Made by a program: the position numbers and the translations under genes
Shown here: positions 32,701-45,283 of the stretch, one piece after another
Position numbering within the stretch: position 1 is the first letter of the stretch
Layout: every line of letters starts with the position of its first letter
The notes under the pieces: generated by a model
What the model was told of the DNA's origin: nothing
Database searches by the model: none
Seen by the model: the letters and a program-made list of their open reading frames with translations, nothing else
NCBI GenBank assembly: GCA_021432655.1
Contig: MU271455.1
Span: 1-57,139 of the forward strand
DNA length: 57,139 bases
Reading direction: 5' to 3'
From: Atractiella rhizophila
Lineage: Eukaryota

Positions 32701-32864
32701 ATGACTTCATTTCAGCCCCTACGACTCTACCAGCACAGCCAGCTATTTCAACGGTTTCATTTACTGGTTCGATGCCATCCTTAACGCCAATGAAACTCAC
32801 TCCCACACCACAACATAAGCAAGGTCTGTCCAAAGCAGATTTATCTTTCTTCGAGAATCTGTAA
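29711..32864 (+). CDS. Large low-complexity hypothetical protein with acidic/aromatic short motifs (possible clathrin-adaptor accessory protein)
   Basis: Long ORFs 29711..30988 and 31161..32864 are linked by introns. Motifs include EWGTF, DDGF, NDPF, LLLDF and VDLLDFD, and the terminus is 'LSKADLSFFENL'. Confidence 0.65.
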
Positions 32865-33241
32865 GACTCCCACATCGTTTGTTCATGCTGTACATACCCA
32901 TACTGTAGTTTCGTGACCTTGTTCGGATTGAATCAGCCTTGCATCCTCATATAGTGTTTTTTCTGCTCCAGAGTTGAATGTGAACATCAGGTGTTGTGCC
33001 TATGCAAGGCTGCAGATGTTACCAATGATCAAAAACAAGTCAAGAAATCCACTGCATGTTAAAATAAAACATTCCCTGCGACAGCTGTGACTATGTTTAA
33101 ATTGAAAATGAATTGAAATGGTATGGATAGGGGATGAAGAGGGACGGAATGTGGGATGGTGTGAATATCATTGATTAGAGATGAAACCAAGCAAGAAGGA
33201 TAAAGGAGACGAGGAATATGGACTTTGAAACAAAGCATGTC

Positions 33242-36068
33242 CTAAGCCGTTTGAGGAGGGAGCTGTTGTTGAGGTCTGGGATCAGTTGGAAGGTGACTAT
33301 TCTGTGGAAGGTTGCCAGTATTCGAAGGCGTAGCAGTCCCTCCATTTGCAGCCTTCGCCGCCCTCTCTTGCGCGCGCTTCCTAATCCTCAGCACCTTCTT
33401 CCTCTTCTTGATACAACTCGCGAGCGCAGTATCTTCCCCAAAGAAGATTTTGTACTCACAAAATGCACAGAGCCATTCATCAACTCCGGCGAAATAGGAG
33501 GGGAGCGATGAAGAGTAAACGGGATCGCCTGGCGTTCCAGGATGGATAGGATCGTCCGCATTGTACGAGTTCGAATGGCTGAGTCCTCCATGCGTAGGCG
33601 TCGGAGCTGAATTAGGGAGACGGGACGGGACGTAGTTGTCTCGATGGTGGACGTTATTCGCATTGGCCAGAGCAGAACGCTTCTTCTTCCCCTTCTTGGC
33701 AGGAGGTTTAGCAGGTTCGACCGGTGGAGAGGCATCATTCTTCTCCACGTTAGTGACGGGGCGAGGTTTGGCCTTTGTTGCAGCAGGCGGCGGCGCCACT
33801 TTAGAAACTGGGGGTTTCTTCGCTGGGACCTTTCTCGCCACTTGCTTGTCCGTGACAGATCTTGCAGCAGCCTCCTTCTCAGATGCCAACCTCCTCGCCG
33901 CCTCCTCTTTCAAGACCTCTTGCGCTTTCTGTTTCGCTTTATTCAGCTTCTGAGTTTGTTCGGTCAGCGTTCGCATCCTGTTCAATACCAAAGAGGATGT
34001 CGGCTTGGTGAATGTGAAGTCGTCTTCGGGTGGCGGATTGACCGACGCCGGAGGCGGCAGGGCGAGTAGTTTAGGGAGCGGGGGTTTGAATGTGGTAGGA
34101 GAAGTGGAAGAAGGATCGTAAAGGTTGGGAAGCTTGATAGGCTTCATGAGCGCGCCGTATTTCTCCCTTTCAGCTTTCAACTCCTTCGCCTGCTTCTTTG
34201 CCGCCTTCGCCGCCCTGCTAGGATTCCTCGCCGCTGCCGGTTGAGCGGTAGGCGCGATGATGTTCGGTTGGAGAGCTGTGAGAGGGGAGAGGGCCATGGG
34301 AGGAGAAGCGCGGAGCGATCTCTTCTCCACCACTGTCTTGTAGCGCTGCATGATGGATCCGGGGGACAAAGGAATCCTGTTCTTCGCGACTTGGGGAAGC
34401 TCGAGAGCTGACGTTTTCTTGGGAGAGGGAAGGGTAGCATCTCCTGTTCTCGTTGCGTTAGCCACTCATAACAAGGATGTCGTTTTACCTTTCAAACCTG
34501 CTTTAGCACCCGCGTTGCTCTCATCTTTCCCTCTTCCCCCTTGAGACCTGACTCTTGCCATATCGGGTGTGTTACGCATAGCGTCACCTCCATGACTAGC
34601 CATGGAGACCTCAGGCACCTTCCTCTTCTTTTTATTGCCTCCACCTTGTTGCAACGATCCGTCCGAATTCCTGAATTCGTCCCTATCATCCAATCTCCCA
34701 TTCACATCGCTCCCACTATCCCTCGCATCCCTTCCATCCATCTCGTCCAACGTCCTGTCGAACAAACTCGACGGTGGTGCCCTTCCCAACTTTCTCCTTA
34801 TCCCTGCATAGTCCACACCACCAAACAATCCCCCTTGCGTCGCCACCGCCGCCTTGGCGACTCCCTTCACTATTCCTTCCACGCTGGAAAAGATAGCGCA
34901 GTAGGTCGACGGGTCTCTACCGCTTGTTACGCCATTGAACAGCAGCGACGTTTTGATCGTAGGGGACGTTTTGACCGTAGAGGAGGTACGCCCCTTGTTA
35001 CCCGGGGTTTGGGGTGAGCAGTTGACGGTGGAAGGGACAGAAGAGGCGGTAAGGTCGACGCTGCTCTTTTCGGAATGGTCGGAATCGAAGGAGGACGAGC
35101 CCATGCCTGGCGAGGTTGGGTCGGGGATGGACTCTTTGACGGACGCGGAGCGAGAGAGGATGCGCTCGATGTTGTGTGCTTGACTGGCCATGTCGAACGT
35201 TCCGTTCGTTAGGGGAGCAGGAGGGTGAGCGTGAGGGAGCGGGGGGAAGTCAGCCATGAGATGGGTTCGGTGGGTAGGAGGGTCGACGTAGTAACGACGA
35301 GGGCCTTCGTCTTCGTCCGCTTCGGGCGGATCACCTCCATTGATGTGCATGTCCGAATGCGAGTGGATTGGAGAGATAGAGAGGGAGCCATCGGCACTGG
35401 TTTGAACGAGACCCAGCGGAGGGACATTCGGATCGGCTTCAGTGCTCATGTAAGCACTAGACATGAAGGGGTCGAAGGGTAATCCCTTGTCAGCCATCAT
35501 TCCATCACCTTCATACCCATAAGTGACCTCTTCCAACGCATCCGTCCCACTGCCGGAGATGGACCTTTGATGATGGTGGTGGGATGCGTAAGAAGTGGCA
35601 CCGGGAGGCGGCATATTATCGAACTGCCGGATCAATCCAGCGAGTTCTTCTTCATCTTCAGGTCTACTGAGCCTCTTTCTCTTCGGTAGAGGCTTGATGA
35701 CCCTTCCACCACCTTGAAAGATTTCATCGCCGAAACTGAGACCACATCATCACCCAGCAGAGGGAGGACGAACCAGCATTCGCATTCGTGTCCTGACTCC
35801 TAGCATAATCCTCGTCGAACTCTTCCTCTAAAGCTCCTGAGCCGACAGAGTTGTCGTATGCATCAGGCTTGGTTTTTGTGAGGTAGCTGTGCTTCTCCTG
35901 CATGCTTTGGAGGTCTTCTTTGGTCACCAATTCGTAGTCTCGATTGGCGCCAGTAGGGAAGTAATCGCTGGGGAGAACTATGCTGGTAGGATTGAGATAC
36001 TGAGTCTGTGGAGGGGAAAGCATTGCTCGACGAGGGGCGAAGGGTAGATTATCGATGGTGGTCGACAT
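33242..36068 (-). CDS. Uncharacterised fungal protein with a C-terminal 'EWLCAFCEYKIFFG' motif
   Basis: Three long ORFs are joined by GT-AG introns (e.g. ~34445-34488, gtaaaa...gctaac...acag). The protein is mostly disordered with basic NLS-like stretches. Confidence 0.7.
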
Positions 36069-36252
36069 TCATGATCCTTCCTGCTTGCCTCCGCCTCTGC
36101 CTCCGCCTCAACTCAAATTTATTGATGCACCAAACAAGAACTGCATCGCAGTTCCAGTTGTCTTTGTCAAAGTCTCAAAATTGCATGAAAGGGATCATCT
36201 GTGCGGAATAAAAGGGTATGTTTCAAAGTCTCATTGCACAATGCCTGCTTGC

Positions 36253-36998
36253 TTACGCTTGCCAGATTCGCTTAATAAACTCCGTCAGTCCTGTGTCGCC
36301 AGAACATGAGTATCTTCGGTCCAAATGATCAACGAGAGTAAGGAAGGCACTGACCAATATCGTTGGTGTTGAACTGATACACTCCGACGAGCACTCCTCC
36401 CGTCAGAATCCTGACTGCCCACTTGGCAATGGGACCGATCACAGGAAACTTTCGCTCATGAAGGTAATCAACCACACAGGAATCGAATCCCTACACATCC
36501 ATCCAGCATCATGAACACTGTCTTTTCTACCACAAATGAAATAAAAGGGACGCCGTACGATATGAGAATGGAAAACGAGCGCAACGCTGAGCAGTCCGTC
36601 GAGGACAGGGTGGGCGGAAGAAACGAAAGTTGCTCCGACCATAGGTATGAGGGAGGCGGAAAGGAGTCTCTCAAACGTCCAATGGTACGATCCGTGAGTG
36701 CGGGAAGGAGGTGGGAAGGTGGTAGCGTCGTTCACATCGCCCTTAATATATGCTGCAAAACCTCATCACCCGCCATCCCAACAACACCCAGAAAGGCAAA
36801 AACATACTGGGCGTAGCTTCCGGCATCTTGGAAGCGGTTGAGATAAAGGCTGTTTGTGCTACGACGTCGCCTTGTGAGCGAACAAGTACCACGATACGGA
36901 TGAGGGGAGCACGAACCAGGTCGAAATTGGTTTTGTGCTGCACGGCGCAGAGCCGGCGCGAACATTTGTGCCTGGCGCTGACTTGCGATCCTGAACAT
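36253..36998 (-). CDS. SDH4: Succinate dehydrogenase membrane anchor, cytochrome b small subunit (Sdh4/Tim18 family)
   Basis: Motifs 'HGSYHWTFERLLSA', 'HSHIGFDSCVVDYL' and 'GVYQFNTNDIG..TEFIKRIW', with a mitochondrial presequence. Confidence 0.9.
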
Positions 36999-37269
36999 GG
37001 TTGGGACGCTGGAATAGAGGCAGCGAAGGTGAGCTTGAGGAGAAGTGAAAGTGCCGGCTCAAATGCGTCGAAAATGATTCGCCGGCTCCCGAGTCCATCC
37101 GGAGCTTCTTTGCTCACAGCCCAAATACTGGCAACCTCATGCTTTCAGCCAGGTCCCTCAAAAGCATTAGCTGTCTAGCGAGATCCACGAGGTCCTTTTC
37201 GTCATCTACAAGGTGACCCCTACTCGTGCATGGGATATGATTGCTGATATAGTGTTGGGCAGTGCCAAA

Positions 37270-38392
37270 ATGAAGGTTGTCCCCGTGCCGTGCAGGAGCG
37301 ATAATGTGCGCTCCCTGAAAGCTTTGTAGCCGTTGCAGGCAGGAAATGACTTATGCGGATGGTATTAGTACGCCTATCTGCTCATCGACGAGCCAACAAA
37401 GAAAGCAGCTGCCATCGGTGCGTAGTCATGGTCAGAGTTCGGCAGAGCTCAACGCCATAATAGACCCGTATGACGTGAAGAAGGTTGTCGAGACGGCAGA
37501 GAAGGAGGGAGTGACCCTTGGTGAACTCGTCATCACCACCCGTACGTCTTTGAGCCGACCTTCTCCCCTCTCCTGATATTCGGACCAGATCATCATCAGG
37601 ACCACTCTGGAGGCAACGTCGAGTTCAAGGAGAAGTATCCTTCTGCCGAGATCAGAGGAGGGTCGGACAAATGTCCAGGGATGACCAAGCAAGTAAGACA
37701 AATACATCTCTCCCCTCCAATTCCACGCACGCTAATGAAGAGAATGAGGACAGTCGAAAGACGGCGAGACGTTCAAGTTCGGTGAACATATCACGATCAA
37801 AGCCTTAGGCACACCGTGTCACACTCAGGATTCCATCTGCTACTTCGTCGAGGACCCGTTCACAAAGCAACGCGGCGTCTTCACCGGCGACACCCTCTTC
37901 GTCGCCGGCTGTGGGAGGTACTTCGAAGGTGAGCTAACCTCTCCCCTCCATCCATCCATCCATCCCTCCATCCCTCCATCTATTCACCACGGCTGAGCAT
38001 GTGCAGGAACGGGGGAAGAAATGCACCGCGCGCTCAACGGAGTCCTAGGCGACCTTCCAGGGGACACCCTAACATATGTCGGGCACGAATACACCGCGTC
38101 CAACGCTCGATTCGCAGCGTCAGTCGAGCCCGATAACGAGGACCTGAAGAAGTTGATCAAGTTTGCGGAGGACAATCAAGTCACCACTGGCAAGTTCACC
38201 ATTGCGGACGAGAAGAAGTTCAACCCGTTCATGAGGCTGTCGAACCCGGCGGTGTTGAAGGCGACGAAGAAGAGTGGGATGGTGGAGGTTATTGATGAGC
38301 TGAGGACTATGAAGGTACGATTGTTTTCTTCTTTTTGTGAACGTGACATTAGAGAACTTGACTCTGTTCTGCAGAACAATTTCCGTGGCTAG
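37270..38392 (+). CDS. GLO2: Hydroxyacylglutathione hydrolase (glyoxalase II)
   Basis: Motifs 'MKVVPVP..SDNYAYLLID', spliced [11 protein letters not shown], '[11 protein letters not shown]', '[13 protein letters not shown]', 'GHEYT' and '[10 protein letters not shown]'. Confidence 0.93.
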
Positions 38393-38716
38393 TCCGAAAT
38401 AATCAAGTCGAAAAGCAAAATCGGGTCTTGTATTCCTAAGAATCAAAATGAAATGGAACCTGCGTGCTACTCAGTACTACATCAGCGTTTCGTGCATGTC
38501 GCGCGGCCGTACCAGTGTACCCGTCAATGCAAATCACATTGTCTCACCACTCCAGGTTTTATTTACGACTTTCGAGCAAGGGTCTTGGACAGGATTTGGA
38601 GCACGGATATTTGTTTGGGAATAGTTCATGGTTATTGAAGGCCATACAAGAGCAGGAACACAACACGACGAAAAACGAAGCATAGACACAATCCAAAAGT
38701 TCGACAGCACACGCGC

Positions 38717-39329
38717 TCACTTAGCCGACAGGGAGGAGTACTTTGTGACAGACTTGGTGCCCTCAGAGATGGCGTGCTTGGAAAGTTCACCAGGGAGGAT
38801 GAGACGAACGGCCGTCTGGATTTCGCGTGATGAGATGGTCGACTTCTTGTTGTACGACGCGAGCTTGGATGCCTCAGAAGCTGTACTAGACGTAAGCAAA
38901 TTGTAAAAACAGTTGGAAGGGAGACACACCAATACGCTCGAAGATATCGTTAACGAAGGAGTTGAGGATCATCATTCCCTTGTTCGAGATACCAGTGTCG
39001 GGATGGACCTGCTTGAGGACCTTATAGATGTAGGTAGCACTTTAAACCAAGCACATCAGCCTCAAAGCATCAGAACTGACTTCGATAACGTACTAAGATT
39101 CCTTCCTGGACTTCTTTCGCTTCTTCTTGTCTCCTCCCTCTCCAGCAGGCTTGGTTGACTTCTTCGCGCCAGTCGACTTTTTGGCAGGAGCTTTGCCAGC
39201 CTTGCCACCAGTTGAGGCAGGAGGAGCTTTGCCTATTAATTCTACTCATTAGACGCGTCGAATTCAGAGACATGTGAGGAACGTACCACCAGAGGAGGCG
39301 GGTTTAGCAGTAGTGCTCTTGGGAGGCAT
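38717..39329 (-). CDS. HTB: Histone H2B (copy 1), divergent from H2A
   Basis: '[61 protein letters not shown]'; three introns. Confidence 0.96.
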
Positions 39330-39673
39330 ATTCGATTGGTGTGGGTAGGTAGAGTAGTTGCTTAGTGCTGTAGGTGTTGGGTGAGATTGATGGTGGGAGG
39401 AAGAAGGTCGCGGTTGGTTTATGAAGGGGACGGAGTTGATGATTTTCTGATGATGAATTCGCGGCGTGACAGAAAAACATGAGAGCTCCACCTTCTATAA
39501 AAGGAAATCCAAGCACGTGCATACCTATGAATTAACTTCATCCATCAACGAACATCAACCGGCGCGTCCTTCAAAAGGTGCACGACGTTCTGTCGAACCC
39601 CATCTGCCACTACAAATTTACATCCAACACCCTCAAGCAACCACCACCACTCCCAAACCAATAACTGATCAAC
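39330..39673. promoter_or_regulatory. Bidirectional H2B-H2A promoter
   Basis: A 344-bp spacer lies between head-to-head start codons. It has TATAAAA at ~39496, CACGTG at ~39514 and GGCGCGT at ~39561. Confidence 0.6.
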
Positions 39674-40269
39674 ATGTCTACCGCTGGAGGAAAAGCTGGA
39701 AAGTCTGGAGGAAAGTCTGGAGCTGAGAAGGCTCAACAGTCGCGGTCTGCCAAAGCAGGTCTTCAGTTCCCCGTCGGTCGTATCCATCGTCTTCTGAGGA
39801 AGGGTAACTACGCTCAGCGTATCGGAGCTGGTACGTTTCTTCTTTTTTTTTCAGAGAATTTGTGTTGAATATATAATTCGTACAGGTGCCCCTGTTTACC
39901 TTGCCGCTGTCCTTGAATACCTCTCCGCTGAGATTCTTGAGCTCGCTGGAAATGCTGCTCGTGATAACAAGAAGACTCGTATTATTCCTCGTCACCTTCA
40001 ACTCGCCATCCGAGTATGTTCTCCATTTTTCCTGAAGTGCACTGCTGATTGGATGTTGAAGAATGACGAGGAACTCAACCGTCTGCTGGACACGTCGTGA
40101 TCTCGCAAGGTGGTGTTATTCCCAACATCCATGCCGTACGTAGTTGGCGTCTTGGTTATCACAGGTTGGCTGAGTTATGCGTGATTAGGAACTTCTACCC
40201 GCTTCCAAGAAGAAGGGAGAAGAAGGTGCCACGACTACCAAGAAGGGAGGCAAGTCCCAGGAGTTGTGA
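39674..40269 (+). CDS. HTA: Histone H2A with C-terminal SQEL; apparent 1-nt deletion at ~40088
   Basis: Motifs '[43 protein letters not shown]', '[18 protein letters not shown]', '[11 protein letters not shown]' and end 'KSQEL*'. Confidence 0.93.
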
Positions 40270-40832
40270 TTGTCCATACGCTGCTGTTCATGCTGTCTTC
40301 GTGTCTTCTTGGTTGTGTTATTCCGTCTTGCTTATGCACAGTATGATCTATGCTTGCCCAAATACCCCATCAGTCCGTTTGATGTCACGATGCATGCCAT
40401 CTCTGAGCTGAGTCTCGTTTTCTAAGCCCAGCCAGAAGTTGCGAGTACCTCTAGGGTAGACCCAGACCTATGGAAACTTGGACGGCAAGGAGAACATTTT
40501 TTGAGATGTTTCAGGACATCTCCCCCAAAAACAAGTGCGACTTCTCCTACGCTGCCCGTCTTCCGCCATGCCTTTTGACTCGCAGGAGATTCTTATCAGT
40601 CCACCTACTGGCCAACAAAAGCGATCTCGGGGAGATTCAGGTAAGAAACTTCGATATTATTCAAGAAAGGCTTCGCCGCTTTTCGATAGCTTCTTTAACG
40701 GATCTCCTTCGTTGGGTAGGTTCGAGACACCCGTCCTTATCCCACCACCTCTCTTCTTCGTCTCTGTCCAACCCCTTCCTCTTCAAGTCTTCCAATCAAG
40801 GCGCTGTAACTCCTCCACCGCCACCGACGCCA

Positions 40833-43069
40833 ATGATCACGGCAGAACAACAAGCAGCGTTGGAACACCAAGGTAAGCGTTCTGTCTTCTGTGAGACCCT
40901 CATGGGCTTATGGGTTTCGTGGAATGCGCGAAAGTCGCCTCGAGAAGAGACGCGAGCACGAGTCGAAAAAACTCGAGTCGTCCGCCGACTGGCGCGCTCG
41001 CTCCGCGTTCGAGATCGGACTCGTTCGACGGGCGTCTCGCAGAGCATTACAATATCAACAATCTGTCCAACCCTGCGATTTCGGATTGGTCCTCCAGAGA
41101 TTCACCTCACGAGGTTGATAACTCGGAAGACGACCGCAGGGTAGGGGATGCCGACGTGGACTCATCCAGCATGGATGTCCTGGACAAGCTTGAGCTTCCC
41201 GCGAAACGGCCTGTCCATCGAGCAACCTCCTTATCTGACACGCCAACTAAGGCCCATCCACAGCTACAAGAAGTCCGTCGCGTTACAGATCCGGATGGTA
41301 GTCCAAGGCGTCCTCCAGCTGCCCAACGCCTATCGTCGCAGAGCAAGCACGACGGAGCGTCGTCACCATCTTCTCTTCCCAGCTCTAAGCATTCTACCAA
41401 TCCTCCTCCTTCACCTACAACCCCTTCGCGTCAAGCAACGCGGTCCAAATCCCAATCCCAGTCCCAAACCCAAACCCCGAGGTCTCCAAGCTTGGTAAAG
41501 GTTCCATCGTCCCGATCACGCGACATCTCCTCGACTTCCACTCCTCGCTTCGACTCTCCACGTACCAACCAATCATCCAGTCGAGACGAGCGAACGTTTT
41601 CTCTGCAATCCGACCTCGCTGAACGCCGTTTACAAGCCGAGGTTCGCACTCGATCGAGGACCCAAACTCGTCATGAGATGGAGAGGGAGAAGGACAGAAT
41701 AGCACACCATCTTGTACACGACAATGTCCCTTCCTTCGCTAAGACAAACGTGTGGTCCCATCTCCTCCCTCACGCTGATGTCGATGGTCCCGTCCCTTCG
41801 ACGGCAATGTATTGGAGCAAGGCTCCAAGTCACGGAAAGACACCAACTCGACACTTCAGGGCACACAGCGGCTGTATTGTCGATTCGGATCTGTGGATAT
41901 TTGGTGGAACGGATCAGAAAGGCTGTCTGAAGGAACTCTATAGGATGGATGCAGGTACTGTGCTTCCCTCAAACCCTCACTCCGCGCTGATTCGTTGTTG
42001 TAGATACCTTTTGCTGGTCGCGCCCGAAGGTGAAAGGCAAACCTCCTCCGCCTATGCGTGGTCATTCTGCGACCGCTTATGACAAACGGATATTCATCAT
42101 TGGCGGAGGAGATGGGCCGTCGTATTACCAAGACACATACTACTTTGACACAGGTCTGTCTTTACAGGTCCTCTCTTATTACTTTGATATTAATAGAACA
42201 CGCAGTATCGTATACCTGGTGCAAACCATTCGTATCTGGCGAGATCCCGTCTCCACGACGAGCGCACACAACAGTCTTACACCAAGGTCGGATCATCGTG
42301 TTCGGAGGAGGGAATGGTAACAGCGCTCTCAACGATGTCTTCGCACTCGACCTGACCGATGTCGATAACCTCACCTGGACTGAACTGAAGACGACAGGAA
42401 AGCGGCCGGTTGCAAGGGGATATCACTCGATGGACTTGGTGAAGAATAAGTGCATTGTTTTCGGAGGAAGTGACGGCTCGGAATGCTTCTCTGACTTTCA
42501 CATCCTTGACCTCGGTCAGCCCTCTCCGTCCCCTTTCCACTATATATCTAACAGGGGATAATCAGAAACGTTGGTGTGGTCTCAGCTTGACGTGGAAATT
42601 AGCCCTCTGGGACGTATGCCCCGTCTCAGCCATTCTTCAACCCTGATTGGACCTTACCTCTTCATTTTTGGCGGTCACGATGGCACGGACTACAAGAACG
42701 ACGTTCATACATTCAATCTAGGTGAGTTTCACAACGATCGCTGCTTTCCACTGAGCATTGTTTACAGTCACACTTCAATGGGAACCGCGGCCAGTTTGCG
42801 GTGCTAGCCCATCCTTGCGCGGATATCACAGTGTAGTTCTATACGATTCCAGGCTCATCGTCACAGGCGGTTTCGACGGTAGCCGTTGTTTCAGGTAAGT
42901 AGCGTTCTATGCAAACTTCCCCGTGGCTCATTCCTCCCGTTAGTGACGTTCACATCCTTGACTTGTCGAGCTATGCGTACTTACCTCAGGTACATATTTT
43001 CTTCCTAGACTGGTACTAGAGGCTGATCAGAGCTCGTAGGTCACGAATTTCGATTTCTTGCGTTCATGA
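40833..43069 (+). CDS. Kelch-repeat (beta-propeller) protein with a disordered N-terminus
   Basis: Six GG-containing kelch blades (LWIFGG, IFIIGG, IIVFGG, CIVFGG, LFIFGG, LIVTGG), each preceded by an R-x-H motif. The start codon is uncertain (40833 or upstream). Confidence 0.85.
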
Positions 43070-43387
43070 ATCTATCTTCTTCTGGGATGGCCGTCTTGGG
43101 AACTTATTTTTTCCGTGTTAGACCTGATTGTTACAGTAGGACATGTTAATAGATGCTTCTCTACTAAAAAATCTCTCTGTCCTCTTGACCGGGTTCCTTT
43201 CTCGGGTGGTTTCTGGTGTAATTTCATTCCCACGAAGAAAGAAAAAGGAGACGAAACACGTGATCATGTTTGGCAGCTTCATCATGCTTCATCAACTGAC
43301 CCATTTATTAAGTGAGCGTCGCGTTTGTTCCTCCCGCTTCAACAACGACCACTCTTCTGTCCAGTCCCATCTCAGCCAATCCCCAGC

Positions 43388-44006
<619 letters not shown>

Positions 44007-44590
44007 TCGGTGGTGTCCACTATGGCTCAGTAGCATGGCACCTTGATATATGTTCTTGGGTGATTCATTTTACGAATGATTGGTTTCTTGTTCCTACAGC
44101 TATAGTGCGATATATTGACATTCAGTTAAATGTGAAGCTGCTCCTTATGCCAGCCTGTTACCTACGTTGAGGGAAAAGCTTTCGATGAATACCTGCTTTT
44201 TCAGACACCAAGATTGCTTTGCCAACACCTCTCTGTGTGACTACTTAAAATGAGCGTTACGTAGCATTATCTACCGAATGTGCCAGAATCTAGGGTAGCG
44301 TTCGATAGACTTGTTCACGACAACGTCTGATGTTTCGTTTTTACTCTGAATACGAGAAGCTTACTTTGATATAAAAACTTGGGCAGACAGCTAGACTCAG
44401 AGGCGGGAATATTCCTGCGATAGCAAACTGATCTTTCTTGGCCGTACAATAGTTCGAACAAATGCCAGAATCCGATGAACGAGGTGCAGTTAAGAGGATG
44501 GAGAACAAGCACAGGGATCCAGCATGGATTGAAATGATTTCCTTTTTACATTTTCCGAAACCGCTACTCAGCTATCAATGTCACAAATGC

Positions 44591-45086
44591 TCAATGTCTG
44601 ACTGCAGTTATGGGCTCAGCCATTATCGAGGAGAGATCAAGTTCTGCATCCTTCTCAGTATCCACTTCTCCTATGAGTGTGCTGCCAGCCCAAAAAGGAA
44701 TGAGCGAGTAATTCGAAACCTCACACATTCCCTCTACCACAGAAAGGAAGGGATACGCACATATTGTCTCCTCTTATGAGATAAAGGCCCAAGGGCACCT
44801 CCTCCACCCCTTCTTCAGGCGAAAACACCCGCTCCACTGAGCTGGACAGGATGATATTCGTCGTTTGGTCAAAACCCTGTAAATCGCCCTAAAACGCAAA
44901 GTCACGACTTCTGCAACGATTGAAGACGGTAGACAGTTCAAACGCACAAGAATTACACGTCCATCCTGGGTTATCACGAGCACTCGTCCTTAAGAAAGCT
45001 CAATCAGGGTCTGGCTCGAATGGTTCAGCGAAAGAAATGGGTAAGCATTCAAGCTCACCGTTTACGTATGGCTGTAGCCCAGACAT
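44591..45086 (-). CDS. LSM8: U6 snRNA-associated Sm-like protein Lsm8
   Basis: Spliced sequence 'MSGLQPYVNGRVLVITQDGRVILGDLQGFDQTTNIILSSSVERVF..VPLGLYLIRGDN'. Confidence 0.88.
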
Positions 45087-45283
45087 TGTAGGTCCTCGCA
45101 ATGCCGCGTCAGACTGGAGAATGCTGGATCCGAAGTTCGGTTGGTGGTGGTTTCGTGTCGCGCTTTCGGAACTTTAGCTTGCAGATGATTTCCACTTGCA
45201 AAACGACGAGCTCAGTCCACGTTTGACCATATCCCTTACACCTTACAGCTTTCACCTCTTTCAGCGTTGTCCCATATACCACT

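Noticed and set aside
34466..34468. Stop-codon readthrough between two abutting in-frame ORFs
   Set aside because: The stop lies within a canonical short intron (gtaaaa...gctaac...acag).
37940..37982. (CCAT)n microsatellite
   Set aside because: A short simple repeat inside a glyoxalase II intron; ordinary.
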